DNA of 46,957 nucleotides from a virus (IMGVR_UViG_3300037424_000408:1-46957), one strand, 5' to 3'; counted from the first letter of the stretch, positions 25,171-34,980 are shown. Numbers and translations: made by a program. The notes: generated by a model from the sequence alone, not told the origin.

Positions 25171-25554
25171 TTAGCCTCCCACTAACCCGTGTGAGTCGCC
25201 GGCGGGGCCGGCGGGGGCGGCGGGGCCGGCGGTGGTAGCCGTGGCGGACAGCGTTGCGCCGGCAAGGGTCTTGCCGAGATCGGCTACCGTAGGAACCGTT
25301 ACTCCGGACCCAACCGTTGCGCCCGCCAGTTGTACCGCAAGGGCTGCTGTAGCGACCAGCGTTGCCGCCGCCGCGACGACGCATCCAGCGAGGGTGACGC
25401 CAAGGTCGATGGTGCGAGATCCCGCCGTTGGCGTCTCCAACGGGAAATTCGGGATGCTTGGGTCTTGCGCCGTCCGGCTGATCTGCCAGAAGTCGATCTG
25501 CGCGGAACGACCGAGCCGTCCGCTATCCCATCGAAATGTCCTCCAAAGGCCCAT
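25171..25554 (-). CDS. hypothetical structural-region protein
   Basis: Ala/Thr/Val-rich; coupled to neighbouring genes. Confidence 0.55.
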   Translation of the reverse strand: MGLWRTFRWDSGRLGRSAQIDFWQISRTAQDPSIPNFPLETPTAGSRTIDLGVTLAGCVVAAAATLVATAALAVQLAGATVGSGVTVPTVADLGKTLAGATLSATATTAGPAAPAGPAGDSHGLVGG

Positions 25555-26654
25555 TAAGGAACAGCCCTCGTGAAGTGGATGCTGCCGGTGTAGGTCGTAG
25601 TGCCGGTCGCGGGCTTGGTCGGCTCAAGAAACGCGAGACAGGCGTTGTTGAATACTCGCGGAGCCTGATTCCGGTTTGTGAGCCAGTCGAAAGGCATCAT
25701 CGAGTTTATAACCGGGAACGACATAAATCCGAGCGGGTGTCCGATCATGAACCAGATGACTCCCGTCGCGACCAACGCCGAGCATTGCATCTGCGTGAGG
25801 GCCTTAATACCTACATCACCGGATTCAAGGGGCGCGAACCATTGCCCCACGGGATGGTCGAGCCGATCCACGATGGCGCCGGAGTTGCCGGTCAGGGATG
25901 GCAGAGTGGATGCGGCGTTGCCCTGATCGAGGTAGGTGCAGACCGTCCAGTTGTGCGCGGTCGCTGCCAAGGCCGTCCCTCCGACCTGCACGAAGAGGAA
26001 GTTCCCGCCGATGTAATCCATGTCCGTCGCCGTGACGGACTGATACCGGGTCGGAACGCCCGTAACGGCTTCCGTGCCGGTTGCATTCATCGTCTTCGCC
26101 ACACCGAAGAGCAGGTCGTAGAGCAGGAGCGAGTTGTTTATCACCGATGCGGATACATCCGCGCCGACCAGATGCAGGGTGCCGGTCGCTGGATTGTTGA
26201 ACGACAGCGCTCCAACGGAGGCGGAAGTGAAGACGGTCCCGCCCGCCGCAGCAGCAGGAGTCGCGCCAACTGGTGGTTGCGGGCCGAGTCTCCAGAGAGA
26301 GGATGTCACCGCCACGACCCCCGTCGGGCCGACCTTGTTAAACACCCTGATCTGCCCGTCACCACCGGATGCGCGAGCGAGCGCGTCTGAGATGGAAGTG
26401 AACCCGGCGTAAAACTTCCCCGGTGGAATCGCCGCTGCCCGTTTGTATGCCTCGCGTAAAGCATCGACAGCCGATACGAATACGCCCCTATCGAACGGTC
26501 CGATAAAGTCTCCGTCACCGCAAACCCGGACGGAACCGGGGCAATCGAGGATATGGATCGGAGGGCCGTACCATCCTTTCATTGACCGGGAGATGTATTC
26601 CACCCGCTCCTTGCCGAGCCAACGCTCAAGCCTCCCTGAATGTACGGATCGCAT
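25554..26654 (-). CDS. hypothetical structural protein (beta-rich)
   Basis: 366 aa, Gly/Thr/Ala-rich; AAGGAG RBS. Confidence 0.7.
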   Translation of the reverse strand: MRSVHSGRLERWLGKERVEYISRSMKGWYGPPIHILDCPGSVRVCGDGDFIGPFDRGVFVSAVDALREAYKRAAAIPPGKFYAGFTSISDALARASGGDGQIRVFNKVGPTGVVAVTSSLWRLGPQPPVGATPAAAAGGTVFTSASVGALSFNNPATGTLHLVGADVSASVINNSLLLYDLLFGVAKTMNATGTEAVTGVPTRYQSVTATDMDYIGGNFLFVQVGGTALAATAHNWTVCTYLDQGNAASTLPSLTGNSGAIVDRLDHPVGQWFAPLESGDVGIKALTQMQCSALVATGVIWFMIGHPLGFMSFPVINSMMPFDWLTNRNQAPRVFNNACLAFLEPTKPATGTTTYTGSIHFTRAVP

Positions 26655-26682
26655 AGTACTCTCCTTAGGTGTATCCGGGTGT

Positions 26683-27099
26683 TTAGGCGTTCCCTGCCGT
26701 CAGCGCGAACGTATTGACGGTGACCGCTTGGTCCGTCGCCACGCTCACGTTGTCCATCGTCATATCGCCACCGCCCGCCGTGACCGTCACGGTTCCCTGG
26801 ATATGGACGGTCGTTCCGGCGGTGTCCTTCACCCGAAAGTGGCCGACATCGGTCCCTGCGCCTGCGTTCGCGTGGCCAACGCCCGACCACGTGCCAGCCT
26901 TCGACTTCACTCCCGCAGACGACACTCCGAGCCAGTCGGAGGGCAGGTCCAGGATGGCGCAAATCGTCCCGGTGTCTGCCGCCGCACAGTTGGCTTCTAC
27001 TGCGCCGCTGAGGAGATAGAGTTTCGGCAAGGTTGAGATGGTCGTCTCGATCGCGTTGTTCTGTGCATCCCGTACAGATTCGGACAGTTGCAGGGCCAT
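26683..27099 (-). CDS. putative minor structural protein
   Basis: AGGAGG RBS; GHFRVKD...QGTVT...GGGDM...VTVNTF pattern seen in phage tail-region proteins. Confidence 0.7.
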   Translation of the reverse strand: MALQLSESVRDAQNNAIETTISTLPKLYLLSGAVEANCAAADTGTICAILDLPSDWLGVSSAGVKSKAGTWSGVGHANAGAGTDVGHFRVKDTAGTTVHIQGTVTVTAGGGDMTMDNVSVATDQAVTVNTFALTAGNA

Positions 27100-27195
27100 C
27101 TATTCCTCCTTGCCAGGATCGTCTACGATAGGTAAAACGTCCGCGATATCTACCGCCGTAAGCGCCGTCAACTCCGTGATTTTAGCATTCGCCAT
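27100..27195 (-). pseudogene. stub of a fibre-like gene
   Basis: MANAKITELTALTAVDIADVLPIVDDPGKEE*, with RBS; resembles a fibre N-terminus cut after 31 aa. Confidence 0.45.
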
Positions 27196-27198
27196 TCC

Positions 27199-27876
27199 TT
27201 ATCCTCCTACCAACCCGCCAGCGATGCGAGAACGGAATCCCCCGCCGCCCGCCACTTCCCTGACCGCTACTCCGATGCATGTGGCATCGTCTGTGGCTTG
27301 CGTCCACCCCATCGTTACGTCAGCCGTACCCACGGTGTCGTAGGAGTAACTGCCCGCCGAATACGCTCCACCGTCGATCTCGTGCCTAGAGGTCCACCCC
27401 GCAAAAGGCGTGATCCCCGTAATGACGTCCTGTCCGGAAAGAAGCGCCTCGCATACGAACGCCGCCAATCCGCCCAAGGAAAGAATCGCGGACGGATTGC
27501 CCACGGCGTCTGAATTGATTGAGCCGTCCGAATCCGATACCGCGGTATCCGCCGCAGCCGTTACCGTATAACAGTAGGCGAGCTTCCCGGAAACACCGCT
27601 TCCTGCAGTAGCCACCGTCTGCGCCCCGGCAGGTATCGACGTGCCCAAGAAGTACGCGGCCATCGACATTGTTTCCGCAGCCGCCTTGAGGTTAGGCGAC
27701 CCCGACACTTCCGACATTGCCGTTCCACCATAGGTAATCCCGGTGATCTCGTCGTTCGCAGAAATCCAAAGTACGAAAACCACTACCCCCCGGGGAGTTC
27801 CGACCGGTGTATGCGTAAAACTCGGATTGGTCGACCCGACGACGTTCGACGTGAAGGCGTCAAAGGCGACGGTCAC
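27199..27876 (-). CDS. beta-rich structural-region protein
   Basis: SFTHT...ITGITYGGTAM pattern; Ser/Thr/Gly-rich. Confidence 0.7.
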   Translation of the reverse strand: MTVAFDAFTSNVVGSTNPSFTHTPVGTPRGVVVFVLWISANDEITGITYGGTAMSEVSGSPNLKAAAETMSMAAYFLGTSIPAGAQTVATAGSGVSGKLAYCYTVTAAADTAVSDSDGSINSDAVGNPSAILSLGGLAAFVCEALLSGQDVITGITPFAGWTSRHEIDGGAYSAGSYSYDTVGTADVTMGWTQATDDATCIGVAVREVAGGGGFRSRIAGGLVGG

Positions 27877-27976
27877 AGATCATCCTTTCTGGCGGGCCGT
27901 GTGGCCCCAAATGGATGTAAGGGCCAGCGCCATCTATCCCACCTTCGAAGAGGTCATCCCCGCCACAGAGGGCGGG

Positions 27977-28501
27977 TTACGCGAACTTCTGCTTCAGGGC
28001 GTCGATCTCGGCCTGAAGCGAATCGCGGACCTTCTGCTTCGCGGTGATCTCTACATCCAAGGATACCATCGCCGCCTCATGCTTTCTCCTGGCCTCGGAG
28101 AACTCCTCCTTCATGGTGGCGACCTCCTCGGCGTTCTTCTTCTTCTCGTACCTCATTGCCGAAGCGTAGGATGCGATGTCTGCATCCAGGGGCGCCCTCG
28201 CCTTCTTCCGCTCCTCATCCATCTTGTCCAGTTCGGCATCGTGCTTGGCCTTGGTGAGCGTAAACTCAGCGTTCAGGCGATTCATTCCTTCGTCGTGCTT
28301 GGCCTTCGCCTCGGCGAGCCTCTTCGGGAGTTCGGCCAATTCCGCACGAAGCGCGGCCGTCTTCGCTTCGAGGTCGGATGCCGTGCCCTGTACCGCCGCC
28401 TGCGCCTGAATCAGTTTCTCGATTTCCTCGAACGCCTTGAATGCGTTCTTCATCTTCTTGGCGAGGCTCAACGCCTCGTTCAGTTCGTCTTGGTTCGTCA
28501 T
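27977..28501 (-). CDS. coiled-coil protein
   Basis: Ala/Glu/Lys heptad pattern over the whole length. Confidence 0.75.
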   Translation of the reverse strand: MTNQDELNEALSLAKKMKNAFKAFEEIEKLIQAQAAVQGTASDLEAKTAALRAELAELPKRLAEAKAKHDEGMNRLNAEFTLTKAKHDAELDKMDEERKKARAPLDADIASYASAMRYEKKKNAEEVATMKEEFSEARRKHEAAMVSLDVEITAKQKVRDSLQAEIDALKQKFA

Positions 28502-28860
28502 TTTGCACCTCCTACCAGTAAAAGGTACACGTCAATCTCCGTCGTGCCGTCCCCCGCCGATACCCGCGGGCGGATGCTGAGGACATTTTCGAGCACCGCC
28601 TCGATCTTCTCCACGGTGAACGAAAGGACGTTCCCTTGCGGATCGTTCAGGGTCGCATACGTCGCCGGAACAAGCTCGTTCGACCCCTCGATGATGCACG
28701 TCCCGCCGGACCCGAACGTGCCCTTGACGTGAACGCTCCTGTCGTTGTGCGCCGGTTGCTGGAACGGACGCCCCGTGTCGCCGTTGGCGAGCGCAGGCCA
28801 CTTGACGAGTGAACCCCCTTGAAACCCCGTAGCGATCAACTGGTAATCCACGATAGCCAT
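28498..28860 (-). CDS. small beta-sandwich structural protein
   Basis: SVHVKGTFG.GGT..IEGSN...IRPRV..GDGTT. Confidence 0.7.
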   Translation of the reverse strand: MAIVDYQLIATGFQGGSLVKWPALANGDTGRPFQQPAHNDRSVHVKGTFGSGGTCIIEGSNELVPATYATLNDPQGNVLSFTVEKIEAVLENVLSIRPRVSAGDGTTEIDVYLLLVGGAK

Positions 28861-28873
28861 GCGCGTACCTCCT

Positions 28874-29281
28874 TTATTTTCCGACCAAGGTTAACGCTCT
28901 GTCGGCTGACTGACCAGCCCCCAAAGTGATCTTTACTCTCCTGAATGGCCTGAGATCGGGCATGAGAAGCAACTTCCCTCCCGTGGTCGCTGCGTAGGTG
29001 AAGTCGATCAGGGCCGTCGCGCTGTAGTTCGAGGCGATAGTATAAAATACGGATGTGTTGTCTTCATAGCCTCCCGAGATGGCGACCGAGGCGCTGTCGA
29101 TGGTCGGCAACTTCAGGTACGTGATGGCACCGACCTCCGGAGGAAGCGTGATCGTCGCCGTCGTGTTATCCGCGACCGCGCCGCCCGTCACCGTACCCGA
29201 TGCGGTCCACGTGTAGTCCGCATGGGAGACCAACGGCATCATTAGTAGAAGTGCCGGTATCAGCCAGCCGAATCTTTTCAT
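28874..29281 (-). CDS. secreted hypothetical protein
   Basis: Signal peptide MKRFGWLIPALLLMMPLVSHA; GAGGAGG RBS. Confidence 0.7.
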   Translation of the reverse strand: MKRFGWLIPALLLMMPLVSHADYTWTASGTVTGGAVADNTTATITLPPEVGAITYLKLPTIDSASVAISGGYEDNTSVFYTIASNYSATALIDFTYAATTGGKLLLMPDLRPFRRVKITLGAGQSADRALTLVGK

Positions 29282-29299
29282 CAGAAGCCTCCTCGTTGT

Positions 29300-30484
29300 T
29301 TACACATAGAAGTTCGGTGCCTTCGCCTTGGTGGCGATATTGGAAGATTGGTAGTGGATATCGACGTAATGGAGAAATGGGACCTGGTTCAATGTGTCCG
29401 CTCCATCGCCGGGATCCCTGAAGCAGCGAACCAGGATGATTCCATCCGGCTCCAGATCGTCAGAATCTATCTGCACCGCAGACGGAGATGCTGCCGACAA
29501 TTGAACCTCTGCCAACATGTGTCGATACTGTGTGCCACTTGCCGTTTGCGTTACGTATGTCGTAAACGAGGCGGGAAACGCAGCTTGATCGTGGCCCTTT
29601 GCATAAGACACTTCGAAAGACCACTTGACGACCCCTGGAACGCCCGCCGCACCACCACTATCTACGACATTTTGACTCCAATGGGTGTGTATGAAAATAT
29701 CACTTCCAGGAACGTAGTCATGCGGAATATGGAAGAACATGAAGCATTCGTTCATGACGGCGTTGCTGAAAGAGAATGCTCTTATGGCGTCCCTGAACAC
29801 CGCTACTATCGGATCGTTTGCACCAGGTGATAGGACCTTCACGTCCCCCAATAAGTCCCTGTACCCGAATGTGGGAGTCGTGGTATCGACCGCAATTCCC
29901 TTGCCTGAAGTTTTCGGAAGAACGAAGGCGTCTTCCGACTTAACGTATCCTCTCGTGGCGTGTGCCGTGGACTGAAGAACAAGATTTCCACTGGCATCCG
30001 TGGACCCTTTTAGCGTCTGCCCGCCAGCGCGACCAGCGAGTAATGCATAAACGACGTGTGGGTCCGCCGCCGCCACATGCGCCGGTATAGGGTTTGTCGG
30101 CGACCCGTGCGTGTGATCCTGGCGAGCGTAGAGAAGCGAAGTGCCGACAGCCGCGAGAATCCCGAACGCCGTCTCGCTTGAAACCGTCGTACCGGGAAGC
30201 GTCACGTTTGCGAAACTCCACACCGCGCTCGTATAGAGATAGATCCCTGCCCTGCCCGTGCCGTCCGGATCCCAATTCGTGCCGTCCGCATAGGCCAGCA
30301 ACCCCTCGGACGGATTCGCTGGAGCCGACTGCCCGAAGAACGGCGACTTCGGATCAATGAATTTCGGCACCGAATCGTAGTAGTCCGAGAGCCGTTGGAA
30401 CCATTCGATCCACGCCGGGGAGGTAATCAGGGACGAAATATCCCCCATCCGCAGGGGTGCGCTGGTCGGCGCCGGGACTCTCAC
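29300..30484 (-). CDS. tail-associated protein (follows the hub gene)
   Basis: GTGA coupling; PAWIEWFQRL N-terminus; YARQDHTH and HVAAADPH fibre-like motifs. Confidence 0.65.
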   Translation of the reverse strand: MRVPAPTSAPLRMGDISSLITSPAWIEWFQRLSDYYDSVPKFIDPKSPFFGQSAPANPSEGLLAYADGTNWDPDGTGRAGIYLYTSAVWSFANVTLPGTTVSSETAFGILAAVGTSLLYARQDHTHGSPTNPIPAHVAAADPHVVYALLAGRAGGQTLKGSTDASGNLVLQSTAHATRGYVKSEDAFVLPKTSGKGIAVDTTTPTFGYRDLLGDVKVLSPGANDPIVAVFRDAIRAFSFSNAVMNECFMFFHIPHDYVPGSDIFIHTHWSQNVVDSGGAAGVPGVVKWSFEVSYAKGHDQAAFPASFTTYVTQTASGTQYRHMLAEVQLSAASPSAVQIDSDDLEPDGIILVRCFRDPGDGADTLNQVPFLHYVDIHYQSSNIATKAKAPNFYV

Positions 30485-31950
30485 AGGCCGGCCTTGACGT
30501 AGGCGCCCGTAATGACGCGCTTCACGGGGTCAGAGATGGTCAGGCGGAAAACTCTCGCTCTGGAGCGCCCCAGGCGCCTCCAGATGACCCTCGCGGCGTA
30601 CTCCCCGGTCGCTCCCATGATGCCGACACGATCACTCGCCCAACTCCTGCCGCCGTCGTCCGACCACGAGAGTATCGCTTGGGGATTTGCCACGACACCC
30701 GCGCCAACTCCCGTCTCCATGTCTATCTGTAGTTTGTGGAAGAACACGTTCCGCAGTTCATCGTCATCCTGAGTGTATTTCGTCGTCCGGAAGGCCACCA
30801 GATTCACGCCATTATCGTCGTAATAGCCCGAATCCATGTGGTAAATCTTCCCGTTGGCCTGATAGTCGCCGATCAGGTGCTTCCCGTTAAAATATTCGTA
30901 GGAATTCCCGACGTGCCGGTTGACCGTGAACGGATCCCCGGTGATGTAGAGCGACCGCTCGTGCCATTGCTGCGTTGCCGTGTCAAAAACGATGGTCCAG
31001 TTCGCCGTAGGGAAGGTCAGTACGTAGAACGTGTGCCCCTCGTCCGTGTAGCACCACCCGAAGGCGTCTGAAACGGTCGAAAGTCGTTGAATTTGATAGT
31101 TAATCGCCGTTGTGGAGATGATTTTCGGCACGAACCCGTCGATCTTCATCACGCCGGCCAGCCCCGCCACGCCGCCGACCCGCATATTGCCGAGCATGAA
31201 GATCCCGCCGTCCCCGCGGACCACCGACCACGGCGCGGGAGTGCCGAGATCAAGAATCGACCCTGGAATGCGGGAGAATGGCGACCCTTGGGACGTGGGA
31301 GTCCCTGCGTTGTACCAGACTTCGCTCGTCTCCTGCTTGATGAACCACAACTGCTGATGATTCGAGATGACCGCCTGGACCCCTTCCGGAGATGCTAGAA
31401 TGGATGCCGTGGCGAGAGCGTTCCACGTGGAACCATCGTATAAATTGCTGACTGCATAGGCCATTTTGCCGCTACCGATGGCGATGAAGTACCCGTCTAC
31501 GTACTCCACCATTACCGGATCGGCAGGGAATCCCGCGCTCGTGATCGTCGAAAACACCGCCGTAGAGACGTTGTAGATGTACCCATCCGTCCCGTCCACG
31601 ACGATCAGTTGGTTCCCGCCGATCCCCGCCACCACCAAGCCGTTGTTCTGCATGGAAACAGGACCGGTCGAGGTCGAAAGCGTGCCCAATTCGGTCGCAA
31701 CCCCCGCCGTCGTGACCGAATAGAGCTTGTTCCCAGAAACGACGAACATCACGCCGTTGAAGACGTGCGTACCGCGGATCACGCCGGTCCCGACCGTCGC
31801 CCAAAGAGCCGTCCCGGGCGTCCCGATCAGGGCTTCCGGCGCCTTGGATCCAGGAGGATTGCCCTCCACGTAGAAATTGACCGATCGTTCGAGGCTGATA
31901 TTGGGAGAACGGGCTACATAGGTAGACCCGGCGAAGGACAAGCGGGGCAT
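30481..31950 (-). CDS. P22 gp10-like packaged-DNA stabilization (tail hub) protein
   Basis: GHTFYVLTFPTANWT.VFD.ATQQWHER; LSWSDDGGRSW...G..GEY..RVIWRRLG..R.RVFRL..SDPVKR. Confidence 0.9.
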   Translation of the reverse strand: MPRLSFAGSTYVARSPNISLERSVNFYVEGNPPGSKAPEALIGTPGTALWATVGTGVIRGTHVFNGVMFVVSGNKLYSVTTAGVATELGTLSTSTGPVSMQNNGLVVAGIGGNQLIVVDGTDGYIYNVSTAVFSTITSAGFPADPVMVEYVDGYFIAIGSGKMAYAVSNLYDGSTWNALATASILASPEGVQAVISNHQQLWFIKQETSEVWYNAGTPTSQGSPFSRIPGSILDLGTPAPWSVVRGDGGIFMLGNMRVGGVAGLAGVMKIDGFVPKIISTTAINYQIQRLSTVSDAFGWCYTDEGHTFYVLTFPTANWTIVFDTATQQWHERSLYITGDPFTVNRHVGNSYEYFNGKHLIGDYQANGKIYHMDSGYYDDNGVNLVAFRTTKYTQDDDELRNVFFHKLQIDMETGVGAGVVANPQAILSWSDDGGRSWASDRVGIMGATGEYAARVIWRRLGRSRARVFRLTISDPVKRVITGAYVKAGL

Positions 31951-32969
31951 CAGTTGTAATCCCCGGTGTTGATGTTCCACCCTCCGGCTTGACTTGGCAT
32001 CTCCATTCCCGCTATCGGTTGCACGGCGTTCATCCGCTCGATCACCGTAAGGGATTCCGCCGCCATGCGAAGGGTATCCGTCGGGATTTGGGCGCTATGC
32101 TCATGGAACTTCCGGTACAGACGGACCGCCAAGTTGTAGAGGATGGCCTCGTAGTAGGGCGGCTCGAACGTGACCGCCGCGCCGACCGACGAAATACTCG
32201 TCAGGATCTTCTGAGATTCGATGTAAAGCGTGTCGGCGGCGTTAGGTATGGGGGACAGGTAGATCGTCCCGAGTTGGGCCGTCTGCTGCGTCAGGCCGGG
32301 GTCGAAGTACAGGTCCTCGGGCGTCCCGGAGGAGATCAGTTTGTCGGTGAAACTGTTGTAGAGGTCCTTTTCGATGACGTTCAGGCCGGAATCGTTGTTA
32401 TTGGAGTCCCGGACAAAGGCCCCGAGGATCTTCAGCGGCTTCACCGTGGCGAACACGCCGGTCGATCCGATCGTGTAGCTCCGCGTCCCGGCGACCAGCG
32501 CGAAATTCTCCTGCACGGTGGCCCTTACCCGCAGGTTGTCGGCCGACCACGCCCCGAGCATGAGGTTGAGCGTTTTGAGGGCCAACTGCGTGTCGGAACC
32601 GTTCGGCGTTTCGTCCGCGGCCAAGGCACCGATTTCCTGCAACGCCGCCTTGATGAGGTCGAGGATCGTGACCGTCGTGGAGGAAGAGACGACTGCCGGG
32701 GATCCCGTGCCAATGAACGTGTTCCAGACGTTTTGCAGGTCAACGTCCGCGTACCCGGTCGCGGTGATATGGAGGTCGAAGAAAGCCGGGAACGGATTGA
32801 CCGCATCGTCCACGAAGAACGTGACCGTTCCATCGGCATTCGCCACGATGCTGCTGATCGGGCTTCCCCCGGCGACAGCGGCGTAGACCGAAGCCGGCGT
32901 CGAGGTCCCGTTGAGGAATATCTCGACGAGCGAACCGGGGAGGCAGGTGCCGTAGATCGGATATCTCAT
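31950..32969 (-). CDS. head-to-tail adaptor (P22 gp4-like) with an extra N-terminal domain
   Basis: TILDLIKAALQEIGAL...ETP...ALKTLNLMLGAWS; PPYYEAILYNLAVRL; ~95-aa extra N-terminal domain. Confidence 0.8.
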   Translation of the reverse strand: MRYPIYGTCLPGSLVEIFLNGTSTPASVYAAVAGGSPISSIVANADGTVTFFVDDAVNPFPAFFDLHITATGYADVDLQNVWNTFIGTGSPAVVSSSTTVTILDLIKAALQEIGALAADETPNGSDTQLALKTLNLMLGAWSADNLRVRATVQENFALVAGTRSYTIGSTGVFATVKPLKILGAFVRDSNNNDSGLNVIEKDLYNSFTDKLISSGTPEDLYFDPGLTQQTAQLGTIYLSPIPNAADTLYIESQKILTSISSVGAAVTFEPPYYEAILYNLAVRLYRKFHEHSAQIPTDTLRMAAESLTVIERMNAVQPIAGMEMPSQAGGWNINTGDYN

Positions 32970-33265
32970 CAGAAGTCCACCTTTACTCCGATAGAATTGT
33001 TTCGGATCACGAGATGCGCCTCGTATGCCGTCACCGCTCCCGCATAGTACGGGCGGTACTTCTTCGGCAACACGACCATGATCCCGTTATTCACCGCAAG
33101 AGAACCGATGAACCATGCGTTTACTTGACCCATGGACGGGTGCTTCCCAAGGAAAGGATTGTCCTCCTCCCAATAAACTTGTGGATGGGAAGCGATATAA
33201 CGAGTTTGACCCCAGTCGGATACTATCGCTACATTCATTAATATCCACAGAGCCAGCGTTCCCAT
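32969..33265 (-). CDS. small membrane protein
   Basis: DWGQT...EEDNPFLGKHPS motif; hydrophobic segments. Confidence 0.65.
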   Translation of the reverse strand: MGTLALWILMNVAIVSDWGQTRYIASHPQVYWEEDNPFLGKHPSMGQVNAWFIGSLAVNNGIMVVLPKKYRPYYAGAVTAYEAHLVIRNNSIGVKVDF

Positions 33266-34030
33266 TTACTTGAACTCCGCTCTGAAGTTAGTGTAAGTTC
33301 CCGATACGACAACGTTGTCCGTCGCGGATAGTACGCTAATAAACACATTGTCCCCCGCAACCACAGGTACCCATCCAGTAGATATTCCAAGGCTTGAATC
33401 GATCGTAGTGTCGGAACTAGATATTCTTACGTCTATTCCAGTTCCATTCTTGTATAAGATTGTCCTTCTGCTGCTACCTGATGGAGATTCAAACCACACT
33501 AACGCATTTACATTCACATAATTATACCCGGCTGGAATTGTGATCTTGGAATTGTCCGTTGCTGGATTATGTGCCCCAAGTATATCGCTGTCTTCCACGT
33601 CGAAAGTTATGTATGTTGGGACTCCCCCGGCAATGTCTTGCTGCGCGGATTTGCTCAGTAGGCATACATTAAAATCTTTGGTTGACCACGTGCTATCGCC
33701 GCGAAGGTAGGTTGTGCTGTCCTTCGTGCCCGATGCGGCAATCTTCCCGAGCGCGATCGTGTTATCGAGGATCTTCGAGGACGCTATCGAATTGTCCAGA
33801 ATCTTGGCCGAGGTGACGGTGTTGTCGATCAGGTCGGCCCCATTTACCGTGTTGTCGGCGAATATGGGCGTTCCAGAGACAGAAAGATTGTCTGTGATGG
33901 TGGTGCCGCCGACCGTGACGTTGTCCGTTACGTCAAGGCTCTGAAACGCTCCTTTGACGCGATCGGCGAGGACGTAAGCGGGAGGCAGGAGCAACCCAAC
34001 CGCGAGCAGAATTGCGATCCACTTCCGCAT
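33266..34030 (-). CDS. fibre-like protein with signal peptide
   Basis: MRKWIAILLAVGLLLPPAYVLA leader; (I/A)DN(T/S)(V/I)xxxK repeats; TTYLRGDSTW; C1q-like C-terminal region. Confidence 0.7.
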   Translation of the reverse strand: MRKWIAILLAVGLLLPPAYVLADRVKGAFQSLDVTDNVTVGGTTITDNLSVSGTPIFADNTVNGADLIDNTVTSAKILDNSIASSKILDNTIALGKIAASGTKDSTTYLRGDSTWSTKDFNVCLLSKSAQQDIAGGVPTYITFDVEDSDILGAHNPATDNSKITIPAGYNYVNVNALVWFESPSGSSRRTILYKNGTGIDVRISSSDTTIDSSLGISTGWVPVVAGDNVFISVLSATDNVVVSGTYTNFRAEFK

Positions 34031-34053
34031 CAGGCTACTCCTACGCCGTGGCG

Positions 34054-34563
34054 TTACTTCTTCTTCCCCTTCTCGCCGAACTCGACACCCGCCTTCGAGG
34101 CGGGAGGAGGCCCACTTTCCGGCGCCGGTGCCGGAGGTGAAACGGGGCCTCCCTTGGGGGGTTCGCTCGCTCCTACTTCCGCCTCGGCCTGTGCCTTGGC
34201 ATCCGCCGTCGCCTTCTCTTCCGCTTCCGCCTCTTCCTTCGCCGTCTGGGCCTCGGCTTTTTCCTGCGCCTCGGCCTCCTGCGCGGCCTTCTCGGCCCGC
34301 ATCTTTTCGAGGATTTCCTCGGCCTTCATGGCGATCTCGGTTTCGTGGATCTTGGCGGCGAGATTTTCCTTCAGTTCCTTCAGTTCCGCCTCGACCTCGG
34401 CGATCTTCTCCTTCAACTTCGGGATCGTGTTCAAAGCCGGCGGGACGAGTTTCCACCCGCGGGACAGCGCCAACTCCAGCGTCTCTTGGCAATCGGCTTC
34501 GATGACATCGTGGGCGTCGTTGTAGAGCTTCCTCGGGAACGTCGGTCCGTCCTGTTCGGGCAT
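34054..34563 (-). CDS. Glu/Ala/Lys-rich hypothetical protein
   Basis: FPRKLY...GWK N-terminal domain plus coiled coil. Confidence 0.7.
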   Translation of the reverse strand: MPEQDGPTFPRKLYNDAHDVIEADCQETLELALSRGWKLVPPALNTIPKLKEKIAEVEAELKELKENLAAKIHETEIAMKAEEILEKMRAEKAAQEAEAQEKAEAQTAKEEAEAEEKATADAKAQAEAEVGASEPPKGGPVSPPAPAPESGPPPASKAGVEFGEKGKKK

Positions 34564-34775
34564 TACATTCTCCCCTCTTTTTTGTTCCTTCGGTTCATGA
34601 ACCGAGTGATCGCCTCGGGCTTCTTGTCCTTCTTCTTCCGATCGGCGGCGAACTCGCTTGGCGTGTGGGTCGCTCCCGTCTTCGTATTCTTGGCCTCCAC
34701 GACCTCGCCGCCCTTGAACGCCAGCCGGACATCCGTGCCCTTTTTGTGGCGATACTTCGCGCCGGGGATCGGCAT
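34563..34775 (-). CDS. small basic protein with scaffold-like C-terminal motif
   Basis: Ends EAITRFMNRRNKKEGRM. Confidence 0.65.
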   Translation of the reverse strand: MPIPGAKYRHKKGTDVRLAFKGGEVVEAKNTKTGATHTPSEFAADRKKKDKKPEAITRFMNRRNKKEGRM

Positions 34776-34779
34776 GGTA

Positions 34780-34968
34780 TTACAGCTTCCCGCCGGTGCC
34801 CTTGCCGCCGCTGCACGGCACGGAGGTTTTGGCCGAAGGAGCGAACCCGTAGCCGGACTGCCCGACCGCTGCCTTCGTGCTCGGGACGTTCGCGCCGCCG
34901 CTCTTGATGCCCTCTTTCCCTACGACCGGCTTCATCTTCGCTCCACCCAACGATCCGCCTTTGCCCAT
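34780..34968 (-). CDS. small Gly/Lys-rich protein
   Basis: AAGGAG RBS; low complexity. Confidence 0.55.
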   Translation of the reverse strand: MGKGGSLGGAKMKPVVGKEGIKSGGANVPSTKAAVGQSGYGFAPSAKTSVPCSGGKGTGGKL

Positions 34969-34980
34969 GACTCTCTCCTT

